Virus record (IMG/VR): IMGVR_UViG_3300049844_000087
Coordinates: 14,423 to 78,422 of that record
DNA: 64,000 nucleotides
Strand: one strand, 5' to 3'
Origin: a virus
Taxonomy: Duplodnaviria > Caudoviricetes
Part shown: piece by piece, positions 46,531-55,027 of the stretch
Numbering within the stretch: the stretch's first letter is position 1
How the letters are laid out: every line of letters starts with the position of its first letter
Notes under the pieces: model-generated
Database searches by the model: none
The model's input: only the letters and a program-made list of their open reading frames with translations
What the model was told of the DNA's origin: nothing
Program-made: the position numbers and the translations under genes

Positions 46531-46982
46531 ACATATTTGTCGTTAGCCCAGAACCGTGGAAATGTGCAAGCTACCTAGACGATAAGAGGGTAGTGAAGAT
46601 GGTATTGGAGACTGCTCAACTGTTAGCGACGGCAATCAATGTATCTGGCGGAAAAGCTTCGTATAGAACAACTCATGTGAATCACCCTTGCTCGATATGG
46701 GTCAGGCAGTCTAAAGGTAATTATCAGTGGACTTTGCAGCTATTTAAGGAATTGCTTCAGGAATATGAAAACCGATACGGACGTATTCATAAGTGTAGAG
46801 ATTACATGCTTGAGTTCTGTTCTGGTGTTGATTTGATGCCAGAGGGTGAAATGACGCCTTTTGTAAACTGTACTCCATTTAAAGATGAGGCAGATGTTTT
46901 TGTTGCGTATAAAGCCTGTCTTCAAGAGAAATGGAAAAACGATAAACGGAAACCGACTTGGAAAGGTTTGAGTCATGGATGA
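46527..46982 (+). CDS. Pyrimidine-dimer DNA glycosylase / endonuclease V family
   Basis: MNIF....P..CA..L.DKRVVKM.LETAQLL...Y..TH.NHPCSIWV. Confidence 0.85.
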   Translation: MNIFVVSPEPWKCASYLDDKRVVKMVLETAQLLATAINVSGGKASYRTTHVNHPCSIWVRQSKGNYQWTLQLFKELLQEYENRYGRIHKCRDYMLEFCSGVDLMPEGEMTPFVNCTPFKDEADVFVAYKACLQEKWKNDKRKPTWKGLSHG

Positions 46983-47172
46983 GGTAAAAACCGGATACAT
47001 GTGCCAAACCGATTGGAACTGGGAATTGGGTGAAGCTTTAGGCGGAACCACGATTTACCCTACAATCGAGGATTTGAAAACGGAGCGCAAGTGTACGGAT
47101 TCTTGTGGCGTTGTGAAAGTAAAGATTGAACTTATCGAAGTTGTCGAACCAGGCAAGGAGTGGGGAAAATGA
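46975..47172 (+). CDS. Hypothetical protein
   Basis: 65-aa ORF in operon. Confidence 0.55.
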   Translation: MDEVKTGYMCQTDWNWELGEALGGTTIYPTIEDLKTERKCTDSCGVVKVKIELIEVVEPGKEWGK

Positions 47173-47325
47173 AAAACGAGAAGAGTGACAATTATTTCCT
47201 AAATAAAATTAGGGACTTTTATGAGAATGGTGGAGGCAAAGAACTAGAACAATTGCCAGACAACGTCTCATTTCTAAGAGATGAAGACGTAGAGCACTTT
47301 GTAGAACAAGTGCGAAAGGAAAAAG

Positions 47326-47628
47326 ATGAAGCGAAGTGAGGCTCTAAAACTCATAGCAAACCAATTGGATTTCCTAAATGGACGTTTTCATGGATTGCGT
47401 GTAAATTTTACAGAACAAGAATTGAAGAGTGCTGATGTCATCTTGACCACGCTCGAACAAGCCGGAATGCAACCGCCAGTTAGATACGTTCATTTTGCAG
47501 ATGGACAAAAAGTTCCTGGAAGTTACGAGTATGGAGTGGCCGATTACACTTGGGAACCTGAAGATGGCGCTCAACAAGATCAGCGAGCTTTTTGGGATGA
47601 TGACAATCGTGGTAGTGGTGCGGTATGA
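47326..47628 (+). CDS. Hypothetical protein
   Basis: MKRSE...A..IL..LEQAGMQPP...WEPE phage pattern. Confidence 0.6.
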   Translation: MKRSEALKLIANQLDFLNGRFHGLRVNFTEQELKSADVILTTLEQAGMQPPVRYVHFADGQKVPGSYEYGVADYTWEPEDGAQQDQRAFWDDDNRGSGAV

Positions 47629-47775
47629 GCAAGAACGTAATGAAAGCCATTTTGATCAACGTTTGCTTATTGTTGGGAGCTTTGTCCGAAACGCCAGAGC
47701 GAAAAGCAGTCGCAATGTACTTTGTACTGGTGGCAGCTCTAGTTGCTGCTGATCATGTAAAAAATATACTAAACG

Positions 47776-47943
47776 ATGAAAACTAAAGACTACGTTGCCG
47801 AGAGATTGAAAATCTGTAAAGCCTGTCCTGCTAACCGTGGTTTTCGTTGTTCGGTGTGTAAATGTTTCATAGAGGTCAAGGTGAGAGTGAAATGGGCTTC
47901 GTGCCCAAAGGGGAAATGGGGAGAGTACCGTGAGTCACGATAA
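47776..47943 (+). CDS. DUF6171-like Cys-rich miniprotein
   Basis: Below track cutoff; MKTKDYVAERLKICKACP...CSVCKCFIEVK...ASCPKGKW. Confidence 0.7.
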   Translation: MKTKDYVAERLKICKACPANRGFRCSVCKCFIEVKVRVKWASCPKGKWGEYRESR

Positions 47944-48175
47944 TTTGCTTATTCAGGTAGAAAACACCAAATTTGCTATTTGTCTAATAACGGACAACCA
48001 TAAGCAGCATGTGCTGGCTCATTTGCGTTATGCCTACAAGCCTCGTATCATGAGACATATACTTGACCATTTGTATCTGTGGTTTAGAGCTAGACGAATG
48101 GGAATTCCAAATATCAGCCTCGAAGAAGTTTTGTCCAGCGTTCGAGGATTGCAGAAAGAAAAGGGGAATAAGTGA
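47930..48175 (+). CDS. Hypothetical protein
   Basis: 81-aa ORF. Confidence 0.45.
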   Translation: MSHDNLLIQVENTKFAICLITDNHKQHVLAHLRYAYKPRIMRHILDHLYLWFRARRMGIPNISLEEVLSSVRGLQKEKGNK

Positions 48176-48286
48176 TGTACGAAAGTTTCGCAGCCCGACT
48201 ATTAGCATTTTGGATACCAGTCATAGCATCCTTGATTTTAGGATACCTGCTGGGAATGAATACCGGACACGTTCAAGTGATCAAAG

Positions 48287-48529
48287 ATGATGGGACGATC
48301 TGTGCGGAAATTAAGTGACCGACTCGAAACCGCAGTTTTCTGGACGTGCTTAATCGGAACTTCGATTGCCGTCCTGACGATCCTATTCTTTAAAGGTGCC
48401 ACCAAAGAAACCGTTAACGCAGTGCGTCAGAAGATACGTCCTACTTGTAGCAAACGTTCCTGCCCACTTCCACCGGAGTTCGGAATTCCTTCCGATGAGC
48501 CCTCCGAACCCGAAGATTTACGCAAATAG
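48287..48529 (+). CDS. Small membrane protein, last gene of middle block
   Basis: TM helix; contains a TAACGCAGTGCGTCA site. Confidence 0.5.
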   Translation: MMGRSVRKLSDRLETAVFWTCLIGTSIAVLTILFFKGATKETVNAVRQKIRPTCSKRSCPLPPEFGIPSDEPSEPEDLRK

Positions 48530-48689
48530 TAATTTATGACACCATGCGTCATTTAGGTGTGCAAAAATTACAAAAAGTAGTAGAACTATCAAGAACTTAT
48601 TACACACTATAAAAAAAATTTTTCAATCAGAATTTTGACCCGATGGAACCAAACTTTCGGGGCGGTTGAAATCTTGACGCAGTGCGTCA
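48415..48689. repeat. Three 15-bp palindromes TGACGCA-N-TGCGTCA
   Basis: 48415 TAACGCAGTGCGTCA, 48537 TGACACCATGCGTCA, 48675 TGACGCAGTGCGTCA. Confidence 0.7.
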
Positions 48690-48799
48690 TCTAATATAAT
48701 ACAAAAAAATTTTGTGACAGACTACTAGGCACAGGTATTGGGCTCGGCACTGCAAGGCAGCTATCCCCCCGTAACCACTAGGGAATCCCATATTGATAC

Positions 48800-48827
48800 A
48801 TTGATGATAATGTATATTATCGTCAGA
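48800..48827. other. dif-like tyrosine-recombinase site
   Basis: ATTGATGATAA-TGTATA-TTATCGTCAGA: 11-6-11 layout, core ATAATGTATATTAT identical to E. coli dif, arms nearly symmetric. Confidence 0.7.
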
Positions 48828-49025
48828 GTCTCATTTTGAGACGCTCATTTTGTTTTTTCTTTTTTATCTTATAAGGTCTTGAAAGTTTAGGATTGAAAGC
48901 CTTATGCGCTCGACTAGATACTGTCTAGACGGCTTTCGTCTGTCTTGCAAGCCGTTGACTTTCGTCTTGAAACCGCTGTCAGTCTCATTCTGAGAATTTA
49001 TTTTTGATTTTTTTGCTTTCAAGCC

Positions 49026-49052
49026 TTAAGTCCTGTCAATTGACGCCGATAA
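49026..49052 (+). promoter_or_regulatory. sigma28-type promoter 1
   Basis: TTAAGTCC-11-GCCGATAA. Confidence 0.7.
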
Positions 49053-49099
49053 GTATAAGGTCAAGACAAGCAAGTCTTGCAAAACAAAGGAGTATCAAA

Positions 49100-49351
49100 A
49101 TGAAACGAAATTCAATCAACGGACATCTTGTTTCAATATGGAACGAAATCGTTGACCAACTAAGTCTGTCTCAATATGAGTCAACTATGGGTGGCGACAT
49201 GTCTTATAAGTCTAAGGCGGAAAGGGCAATGCAAGTGTCTCGAAATAAGACGGTTCATGCCTTATGTCTCGAATTGATAAACGTCTATGATTCTCATTTC
49301 GGGACAAGTGCCTTAACTGTCTCAAATAGAGACTTTTCTGATTTTGAGTGA
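49100..49351 (+). CDS. Early hypothetical protein
   Basis: ATG 49100 after AAAGGAGTATCAAA. Confidence 0.7.
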   Translation: MKRNSINGHLVSIWNEIVDQLSLSQYESTMGGDMSYKSKAERAMQVSRNKTVHALCLELINVYDSHFGTSALTVSNRDFSDFE

Positions 49352-49383
49352 TTTTCACGGTCTGTCAATATAAGGCTTTCGTC

Positions 49384-49415
49384 AAGGCGGCGGTTTCAAG
49401 ACCGCCGTTTTATTT
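49384..49415 (+). terminator. Intrinsic terminator
   Basis: GGCGGCGGT-TTCAAG-ACCGCCGT then TTTTATTTTT. Confidence 0.7.
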
Positions 49416-49606
49416 TTGCTTATCCTTATCAGTCCTGAAAGCCGTTGACCTGTCTTGTCTGTCCTTATGCCTTTCGGTCTGTCTTATCCTGTCTTGTCCT
49501 TATGTTTCCTTATACGGTCTTAAGACTTTCAATTTATTTTTTGCTGTCTAAGGCATTGAATTCAAGGTCGAATCTCATTTTGAGAATAAATAGTTGACTT
49601 TTTCTC

Positions 49607-49633
49607 TCAAGTTTTATAAACTGAAACCGATAA
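49607..49633 (+). promoter_or_regulatory. sigma28-type promoter 2, overlapping sigma70-like TTGACT-17-TAAACT (49594-49622)
   Basis: TCAAGTTT-11-ACCGATAA. Confidence 0.8.
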
Positions 49634-49681
49634 GACAGTATAAGCAAGTCAAGACGGCTTGCAAAACAAAGGAGTATCAAA

Positions 49682-49855
49682 ATGAGAATACCTAAGTTGC
49701 CAATTGGACAAGCGAACGTGTGTATCAAAAAGATACGGACAGCGAAAGCGCAAGGCTGCAAAATGCTGAAAGGCTGGAAAGCGATGAAATCGGCTCAAAT
49801 TGAGACGGCTTTCAATACGCCAGTCCTTTGTATCAAAGTGAGACGTGCGGCATAA
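49682..49855 (+). CDS. Early 57-aa basic protein
   Basis: Below track cutoff; MRIPKLPIGQANVCIKKIRTAK... after the conserved SD. Confidence 0.7.
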   Translation: MRIPKLPIGQANVCIKKIRTAKAQGCKMLKGWKAMKSAQIETAFNTPVLCIKVRRAA

Positions 49856-49884
49856 GTTTTTTTTGATTTTTTTGCTTTCAGGTC

Positions 49885-49911
49885 TCAAGTTTATTTTTGA
49901 TTGACCGATAA
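49885..49911 (+). promoter_or_regulatory. sigma28-type promoter 3
   Basis: TCAAGTTT-11-ACCGATAA. Confidence 0.8.
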
Positions 49912-49961
49912 GACAGTATAAGCGGCGAAATGATTCGACCGCAAAAACAAGGAGTATCAAA

Positions 49962-50756
49962 ATGAGTCAGATTCAAGTTTTCGACAAAAATGCAGGTTTC
50001 AACGTATCAGAACGATACAAGGCTGTTAACACGGCGACTTTGGTGTCTCAATTCGAGGCGGCTGGCTATACAGTGTCTCAAGTTAAGACGGCTCGTGTTC
50101 GCTTGCCTGAAAAGCAAGGCTTTCAAAAACACCTTATCAGATTGAGACATCCGTCGTTGACAGTCAATGCGCTTTCAGGCTTGACGCCCGAAATCGTTGT
50201 CTCAAATTCATACGATGGCACGGCGGCTTTCCGTCTCATGATGGGAATTTTCCGCATTGTCTGCTCGAACGGTCTCATTGTGGGACAGGCTTATGAGTCA
50301 ATTCGAGTCGTCCACGTTGGCGACGCATTGACTAAGGTCTTGCAAGCCGCAAATCGAGTTCAGTCTCAAACTGATACGATTGCGTCTCAAATCGAGAAAT
50401 GGTCGTCAATCCAATTGACCGATGCACAAGCGTCTCAATTTGCGACAGCAGCAAGCAAGTTGCTTTTGCCGTCTCAAAGTGATACAAACGTGATTCCATT
50501 GGTTCGTTCTGAGACACTTTTGAAAGTCCGCCGTCTTGACGATAGGTCTCAAGACCTTTGGACCGTATTCAATCGAATTCAGGAAAATGCTTTGCAAGGC
50601 GGTCTGTCTTATACTCGACTCGGCGGTCAAGGTCAAGTCCGAAACATGACGGCACGTCGAATCAATTCGATTGACCGATCAATCGAAGTCAATCGGGCCT
50701 TATGGGATCTTGCGTCTCAGATTGAGACAAGCGGTGGCATTATTCAAGCCGCATAA
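49962..50756 (+). CDS. DUF932/DUF945 family protein
   Basis: SERY......L......G....Q...R...K..FQKH.IRLR...PEIVV.NSYDG..AF.LM.GIFR.VCSNGLIVG. Confidence 0.85.
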   Translation: MSQIQVFDKNAGFNVSERYKAVNTATLVSQFEAAGYTVSQVKTARVRLPEKQGFQKHLIRLRHPSLTVNALSGLTPEIVVSNSYDGTAAFRLMMGIFRIVCSNGLIVGQAYESIRVVHVGDALTKVLQAANRVQSQTDTIASQIEKWSSIQLTDAQASQFATAASKLLLPSQSDTNVIPLVRSETLLKVRRLDDRSQDLWTVFNRIQENALQGGLSYTRLGGQGQVRNMTARRINSIDRSIEVNRALWDLASQIETSGGIIQAA

Positions 50757-50771
50757 GGTCAAGACCTTGAA

Positions 50772-50805
50772 ACGGCGGCGCTTTCGAGCGCCGTCGATTT
50801 TTTTG
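50772..50805 (+). terminator. Intrinsic terminator
   Basis: ACGGCGGCGC-TTTCGA-GCGCCGT hairpin then T-tract. Confidence 0.65.
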
Positions 50806-50814
50806 ATTTTTGCC

Positions 50815-50841
50815 TTAAGTTTTATTTTTTTGCGCCGATAA
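50815..50841 (+). promoter_or_regulatory. sigma28-type promoter 4
   Basis: TTAAGTTT-11-GCCGATAA. Confidence 0.85.
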
Positions 50842-50885
50842 GCATAAGGTCAAGGCATTGACGCCGAGACCGAAGGAGTATCAAA

Positions 50886-51173
50886 ATGAGAACATTCAAG
50901 TTTATAAGGTTTCAAGACTTGACAGGGACAAGCGGCGTCGGTCACGTTGCAAGCGGTCAAGTTGACGCAAGCGGCTTGACTCAAGTCCGCTGGACCGTTG
51001 ACGCAAGACTTGCGGACGGCTCGACTCGCAAGATCAATTCAGTGACTCAATTTGAGACGTGGACTGATGCGGTCTTGCTTCACGGTCACGGCGGACGGAC
51101 TGTCTTAGTTTGGGACGACACCAACGAAACTGTCTCAGATTTAGACATCTTAGGCTTGAAAGCCGCCGCATAA
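50886..51173 (+). CDS. Conserved phage hypothetical protein
   Basis: MRTF...R..D.TG.SG.G.VA.G......G....RW......HGHGG.T..VW. Confidence 0.75.
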   Translation: MRTFKFIRFQDLTGTSGVGHVASGQVDASGLTQVRWTVDARLADGSTRKINSVTQFETWTDAVLLHGHGGRTVLVWDDTNETVSDLDILGLKAAA

Positions 51174-51202
51174 GTTTTTTTTGATTTTTTTGCTTTCAGG
51201 TC

Positions 51203-51229
51203 TCAAGTTTTAAAACTTTCGACCGATAA
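51203..51229 (+). promoter_or_regulatory. sigma28-type promoter 5
   Basis: TCAAGTTT-11-ACCGATAA. Confidence 0.8.
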
Positions 51230-51277
51230 GACAGTATAAGCAAGTCAAGACGGCTTGCAAAACAAAGGAGTATCAAA

Positions 51278-52024
51278 ATGAGATTGTTAACTGAAGCCCA
51301 TGCCAATGCGAAAACCGCAAAAAATGCCTCAAAAGGAGATTTTCTGTCCTATATTTTGCATTTTGCGCCTTATAAGCTTTCAGGCGTCAACGTCTGTCCA
51401 ATGGCAAGCCGTGGATGCGCCGCCGCTTGCCTTAACACGGCTGGACGTGGCCGTTTCGATTCGATACAACAGGCTCGTATCAAAAAGACACAACGATTTT
51501 TTAAAGACCGTCAAGGTTTCCTTGCGGACTTAGTTAAGGACTTGCAAGCGGTCGAGCGCAAGGCAAAAAAACACGGCTTGCAAGCGGTCGTGAGACTCAA
51601 CGGGACAAGTGACATTGACTGGACCGCTGTCAAGACAGACGACGGTCAAAACGTGTTCGAGCGTTTCAAAACGATACAGTTTTACGACTATACCAAAGTG
51701 ATACGCCGTCTCGAAAAGATGCGTCTCAATCCGATACCTAATTATCATTTGACATTTTCTCGAAGTGAGTCAAATCATGCTGACTGTCTCAAAGCGATAC
51801 AGTTAGGTTTCAACGTTGCCGCCGTGTTTCAAACTGAGGCGTTTCCTGAAACCTTTGAAAGCCGTCCAGTGATTGACGGCGACTCTCACGACTTGCGTTT
51901 CCTTGACTTGAAACCGCTGGACGGTCAAGGCGCTTTCGTTGCCTTGAAAGCCAAAGGACAGGCAAAAAAAGACCTTTCAGGTTTCGTGATTCAACTTGAG
52001 ACAGCCATCGGAAAGGTGGCTTAA
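51278..52024 (+). CDS. GP88-family protein (radical-SAM-related)
   Basis: NAKT.K, VCPMASRGCAAACL, RLNGTSDI, QFYDYTK, YHLTFSRSE, DGD.HDLRFLD. Confidence 0.85.
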   Translation: MRLLTEAHANAKTAKNASKGDFLSYILHFAPYKLSGVNVCPMASRGCAAACLNTAGRGRFDSIQQARIKKTQRFFKDRQGFLADLVKDLQAVERKAKKHGLQAVVRLNGTSDIDWTAVKTDDGQNVFERFKTIQFYDYTKVIRRLEKMRLNPIPNYHLTFSRSESNHADCLKAIQLGFNVAAVFQTEAFPETFESRPVIDGDSHDLRFLDLKPLDGQGAFVALKAKGQAKKDLSGFVIQLETAIGKVA

Positions 52025-52025
52025 T

Positions 52026-52217
52026 ATGAGACAAATCAAATTAAAACAGTCAATGATTCAAGATGAGACACTATGCTGTCCGTACTGCATGGACGAAGTG
52101 TCTCAAGATGATACAGGTTGTTGTGGCGAGTCGTCGGCTCATTTTGAGAAAGCTTATGTGACTCAAGATGAGACATATCTTGACTCTGAGGTCGAAATCA
52201 TTGACGACTCAAATTGA
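52026..52217 (+). CDS. Small Cys-rich acidic protein
   Basis: CCPYC...GCCGES; ATG 52026. Confidence 0.6.
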   Translation: MRQIKLKQSMIQDETLCCPYCMDEVSQDDTGCCGESSAHFEKAYVTQDETYLDSEVEIIDDSN

Positions 52218-52243
52218 TTCAAAAATAAAGTTGACCGAAAGTC

Positions 52244-52270
52244 TCAAGTTTTAAAACTTTCGACCGATAA
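52244..52270 (+). promoter_or_regulatory. sigma28-type promoter 6
   Basis: TCAAGTTT-11-ACCGATAA. Confidence 0.8.
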
Positions 52271-52334
52271 GGATAAGGACAGCAAAAAAACCGAGACCGT
52301 CAAGACGGCGGTCTCAAAACAAAGGAGTATCAAA

Positions 52335-52814
52335 ATGGGATATACGCATTATTTCACTTTCAAAAAAGCGCCGAAAGGCAAGGCGTCTCAAATCGAGACG
52401 AACTATCAAAAGGCATTGATTGACTGTCAACGTATCATTTTGGCATATAGCAACGTCAACGGCGGTCTGTCCGGTTTCAGTGCCCATACCAAATTGGGAC
52501 AGTATGGCGGTCTCAATGTGAATGGCTCAAAAGAAGACGGTCACGAGACTTTCGTCTTGCGTGAACACTTTTCTCAAAATGAGTCATTCAATTTTTGCAA
52601 GACCGCTCGAAAGCCTTATGATACGGTCGTCACGGCTTGCCTTATCGTCTTGTCTTATCGACTCGGCGCTTGCATTGACGTGTCAAGCGACGGCGACGCA
52701 ACGGACTGGACCGAAGGCTTGCGGCTTGCGCAAAAAGTTCTCAAATTGAAACGATTACAAATTCCATCAGGTGTCTCAAATCGAGACAACGATTCAATGG
52801 ATGAGTCGGCTTGA
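52335..52814 (+). CDS. Conserved phage hypothetical protein (MGYTHY family)
   Basis: MGYTHY...HETF...FNFCKTARKPYD..V.A.L...SSDG. Confidence 0.75.
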   Translation: MGYTHYFTFKKAPKGKASQIETNYQKALIDCQRIILAYSNVNGGLSGFSAHTKLGQYGGLNVNGSKEDGHETFVLREHFSQNESFNFCKTARKPYDTVVTACLIVLSYRLGACIDVSSDGDATDWTEGLRLAQKVLKLKRLQIPSGVSNRDNDSMDESA

Positions 52815-52878
52815 TACTCCACGCCCCTGTCTCATTTTGGGGCAGGGGCTTTCTTAACATAAGCAAAGGAGTCTCACA

Positions 52879-53073
52879 ATGGAACGTATCAAAATGCAAC
52901 GAAGTGTTTGGTGGCCTATCAAATTGAAACAAGGTCAAACTGTCTCATTTCAAGGCAAGACTTATAAGGTCGTGTCTCAAACTGAGAAACCTTCTGATTC
53001 ATGGTGTTTCAGAATGAGATACTACACGTCTCTAATCGAGACAGAAATGGAGTCTCAAAATGGGATCAACTAA
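52879..53073 (+). CDS. Early hypothetical protein
   Basis: SD AAAGGAG. Confidence 0.6.
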   Translation: MERIKMQRSVWWPIKLKQGQTVSFQGKTYKVVSQTEKPSDSWCFRMRYYTSLIETEMESQNGIN

Positions 53074-53665
53074 TATCGAATTGATACAAAAAGGAAAGCT
53101 GTCTCGAAATGAGATTTACGACGCTTTCAAAAATCAGCAAGATCAAGACCGTCTCGAAAATGGACATCAATCGGGATATTCTGGCGACTTTCAAACTGTC
53201 TCAAAAGTAGACTATCGACTTGATCAAGTCTTTACGTCTCAATCTGAGGCACATGATTTTTGTTTGAAACATGCCTCAAAATGGGACACTGTGGTGGCCG
53301 TCTATTTTCTTGACCTGAAAGTCGAAAGCAAGCGCATTGATAAGGCAAGGCAAGCGGTCAAGGCATTGACTCAAGACCTTGCAAGCCTTGAATCGACGCC
53401 GCTTGATAAGTCCAGCGGTTTCAAGACTTGCGGCGCTTGCAAGTCTCGACTTTCAATGAGTCACGTCAAGCGGTCTTGCTGTCCAGTCTGTCAATCGGAC
53501 TTAAGACCGAAAGCCTTAGTCAAGCGCATTGAAAGCCTGAAAGCAAAAATCAAGGCGGCGCAAGACAGGCTCGAAAGTCTTGTCAAGTCCGAAAGGCAAA
53601 AAGCATTGACGAAAGCAAAACCGTCTCAATTTAGTACGATGCTGGCTGGCTGGGGAGCGTGTTAA
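53060..53665 (+). CDS. Early protein with Zn ribbon and coiled coils
   Basis: GH.SGYSGD, CGACKS...CCPVC; ends AGWGAC. Confidence 0.7.
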   Translation: MGSTNIELIQKGKLSRNEIYDAFKNQQDQDRLENGHQSGYSGDFQTVSKVDYRLDQVFTSQSEAHDFCLKHASKWDTVVAVYFLDLKVESKRIDKARQAVKALTQDLASLESTPLDKSSGFKTCGACKSRLSMSHVKRSCCPVCQSDLRPKALVKRIESLKAKIKAAQDRLESLVKSERQKALTKAKPSQFSTMLAGWGAC

Positions 53666-53684
53666 TTTGAGACACAAAAATCCC

Positions 53685-53712
53685 TTAAGTTTTTGAGCGT
53701 TTCGACCGATAA
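53685..53712 (+). promoter_or_regulatory. sigma28-type promoter 7
   Basis: TTAAGTTT-12-ACCGATAA. Confidence 0.7.
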
Positions 53713-53743
53713 GGTTTCAGACAATAAACAAAGGAGTATCAAA

Positions 53744-53992
53744 ATGAGTCAATCAAATGTTATCAAGTTGAATGATCGTCGAGCAAGTCCAGTCAATGAG
53801 GAAAGTCTTTTGCTGGTCAACCTTGCGCAAGTATTGATCGAAGTCGTGAGGCAACACGGAGCCCACACGACATTGACAGCGGTCCAAGGCATGATTCAAG
53901 AGGCACAAAAACAAGTCCGCACCGAGCGTCAACACAAGCCGACAAAGACCAATCTACCTGTCTCAAAACGAGCCGTTGGGGGTGCCAAGTGA
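53744..53992 (+). CDS. Early hypothetical protein
   Basis: ATG 53744 after the conserved SD. Confidence 0.65.
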   Translation: MSQSNVIKLNDRRASPVNEESLLLVNLAQVLIEVVRQHGAHTTLTAVQGMIQEAQKQVRTERQHKPTKTNLPVSKRAVGGAK

Positions 53993-54198
53993 AATGTCTC
54001 ATTGTGAAGCATACCCTTGGCGGTCGTTCTTGGTACATGGTCCAGCAAGGCGCTTTGACCTTATCGACTCCGCTCGACACTTTCGAGCAAGCTACCGAGT
54101 GGATCAAGTCAATGGCTGGTGTCCAGCGTCTCGGATGCTACCGCATAAGCGACGACTTGACAGCGGTCCATTTTGAAGAGTCGAAAGGAGTCTCATAA
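53989..54198 (+). CDS. Early hypothetical protein
   Basis: GTGA overlap. Confidence 0.5.
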   Translation: MKCLIVKHTLGGRSWYMVQQGALTLSTPLDTFEQATEWIKSMAGVQRLGCYRISDDLTAVHFEESKGVS

Positions 54199-54500
54199 TG
54201 GAACAGCCTAAGCTTATCGCAAGGCTCGAAGAGATTGTCAAAGGTATTGACAGACATCAACGAGTCAATGCGTCGGACATGCCAATGCTGGCACAGTTTT
54301 TGAAAGTAGAGATTGCAAGGCTTAAGCGTATCAATTCAGCGCAAACAGTCGAGCGCATGAGACAAATTTCGGAGCGGCTTAGCGACTTAAGTCCAAAGAT
54401 TGACAGCGGTCGTTTCAAGTATTCCGAAAAGCAAGAAAAGGACAGGCTTGTCAATGAGTATCTAGAATTGGAACAACAAATTGAAGGGGTTTCAAAATGA
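54198..54500 (+). CDS. Early coiled-coil protein
   Basis: SD AAAGGAG, TAATG overlap. Confidence 0.6.
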   Translation: MEQPKLIARLEEIVKGIDRHQRVNASDMPMLAQFLKVEIARLKRINSAQTVERMRQISERLSDLSPKIDSGRFKYSEKQEKDRLVNEYLELEQQIEGVSK

Positions 54501-54715
54501 AACGTAATGCGTATCTCTTTGAGACAGATGCCTTTCAAGTGAGAGTTTACAACGAAGCCGAGACCGTTGACATGTTTGGTCAAGACTACCTCGAAGAGTA
54601 CGGTCACACGGTCCCGATTGAATTGCTCGAAAGGTATCGAAAGGCTTTCGTCGAAATGCAAGCCGTACAAGATCAATTGAGAGCCATTATAAAGACTCAA
54701 GAAAAGGAGTATTAA
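54497..54715 (+). CDS. Early hypothetical protein
   Basis: ATGA overlap. Confidence 0.6.
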   Translation: MKRNAYLFETDAFQVRVYNEAETVDMFGQDYLEEYGHTVPIELLERYRKAFVEMQAVQDQLRAIIKTQEKEY

Positions 54716-54716
54716 A

Positions 54717-54938
54717 ATGATACTAATTAAAGGTCAATCCAAATATGCCAGAGTTGAGCGTCTTGTCCATAAGTTAGACGATGACATACTGTCTTGGATC
54801 GAGTCACTTGAGGAGTCGGGTTTCGTGATCTTGTTCACCAATCTACCGTCTCACATTAATACACATGAGGTGTACGCCGCAATTCTACTTGATCAGTTCG
54901 CAGATATGTATCTACCTGAGACATCTACAGGTCACTAG
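54717..54938 (+). CDS. Early hypothetical protein
   Basis: SD AAGGAG. Confidence 0.55.
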   Translation: MILIKGQSKYARVERLVHKLDDDILSWIESLEESGFVILFTNLPSHINTHEVYAAILLDQFADMYLPETSTGH

Positions 54939-54975
54939 GGTGACATTTTTTTATTGTAATACTTGATAATTTTGC

Positions 54976-55003
54976 TAAAGTATTTCAATCAACCTACCGA
55001 TGA
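54976..55003 (+). promoter_or_regulatory. Possible variant sigma28 promoter
   Basis: TAAAGTAT-12-ACCGATGA, -10 inside CCTAC...GTAGG hairpin. Confidence 0.45.
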
Positions 55004-55027
55004 GAGTAGGAGAAAGGCAAGGGACCA

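Noticed and set aside
49080-53750. CRISPR array or integron attC cassettes from the repeated intergenic blocks
   Set aside because: Repeats are promoter/SD modules separated by whole genes, with irregular spacing, no cas genes and no attC R/L boxes
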